A stretch of DNA of 64,000 nt from Lingula anatina (lineage: Eukaryota; Animalia; Brachiopoda), in NCBI GenBank assembly GCA_051362555.1, contig CM120649.1:16444567-16508566 (forward strand). The letters run 5' to 3'. Below the pieces are notes generated by a model. It worked only from the letters and a program-made list of their open reading frames with translations, was not told the origin of the DNA and did no database searches. Positions 63,270-64,000 of the stretch are shown here, one piece after another (the stretch's first letter is position 1; every line of letters begins with the position of its first letter). A program made the translations under genes and the position numbers.

Positions 63270-63577
63270 GGGAGCCTGTTTCACAAGTCTGAAGTTCTTG
63301 GCTCAAGCTTAGACTGCTCAACCATGATAGCCGACTATGTAAGGTTCATGATGCAACATTAGTGTAAGAGTTATATAATAATATCTAGCTAATGATCTTT
63401 TGTCAGCTTTTGTTGAGACGATCCTAATTTGCTGCAAGGGCTCAGCTGAAAGACTGAATTATAATGAGTTTTCTAAATTTTTTTGGAAACGCAACAAAGA
63501 CAACCCAGTGTTAGTAGTAAGAAAATGATTTTAGCCCCCAAAATTGACTTTTAAACGATTTGTGAAACAGGACCCAG
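63270..63577. mobile_element. MITE-like element with CCTGTTTCACAA / TTGTGAAACAGG inverted ends
   Basis: 12-bp perfect inverted match near both ends. A related end (CCCAGTTTCACAAA) lies at ~49398. Confidence 0.55.
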
Positions 63578-64000
63578 TATTACTGAATGTGTGGGTCTCT
63601 TCTTCAGTAAACATCTCTGTATTCTACCAATGAGTACACATCACTTGTCTGTCACTTCAAAGCACCTGAACCAACTGTAATCTCAATACTTAGCCATATC
63701 TTACATCATAGCACCCGAGTTGTATCTCCAGAATCCTGACAGAGTTTCCACATTTTTCATTTTTACCCAAGTCACAATTTTTGATTGAGATAAATCCAAA
63801 AACCCAGCCATTTTTTTCCCATTTTTTCAGTCTGTGAGAATTTTTCCTTCTCCACTGTCAACCTTTTTACCCATTACAATTTGAGTCATTCTTCTTTCTC
63901 ATTCACTCTAAGCCTTCTACAGCACCGCCCCCTACTGGCTCGGCATCACCTTCCCCATAGGTGCCGCCACCAGTCTTGGTCCTTGAATCACTTCCTGCAG

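Overview
AT-rich, intron-rich animal genomic DNA. It is probably a mollusc or other lophotrochozoan, inferred from gene content and repeat style. I built five gene models by hand from splice sites and recalled protein homology. (1) A single-domain rhodanese/sulfurtransferase on the - strand (TSTD1/TSTD3-like) whose last exon I could not find in the window. (2) A C5orf34 homologue on the + strand (11 coding exons, ~733 aa), head-to-head with the rhodanese. (3) PCCB, propionyl-CoA carboxylase beta, on the - strand (17 exons, 544 aa), with one 31.7-kb intron. (4) A GT92/DUF23 glycosyltransferase with a single-exon CDS, nested antisense inside that intron. (5) ALG9 on the + strand (16 exons, 596 aa), head-to-head with PCCB. 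The main finding is not in the ORF track: the rhodanese gene has two intact, ~49% identical, 163-nt copies of its catalytic exon (loops CRSGVR and CRSGKR) that can only be used one at a time. Also notable are a U12-type intron in the C5orf34 homologue, Cys instead of Asp at a known acyl-CoA specificity position of PCCB, a candidate recursive splice site and a strand-biased motif in the giant intron, decayed exon duplicates in ALG9, and several MITE/HINE-like elements. No tRNA, rRNA or CRISPR array was recognised. All homology statements are from memory; no database search was run.
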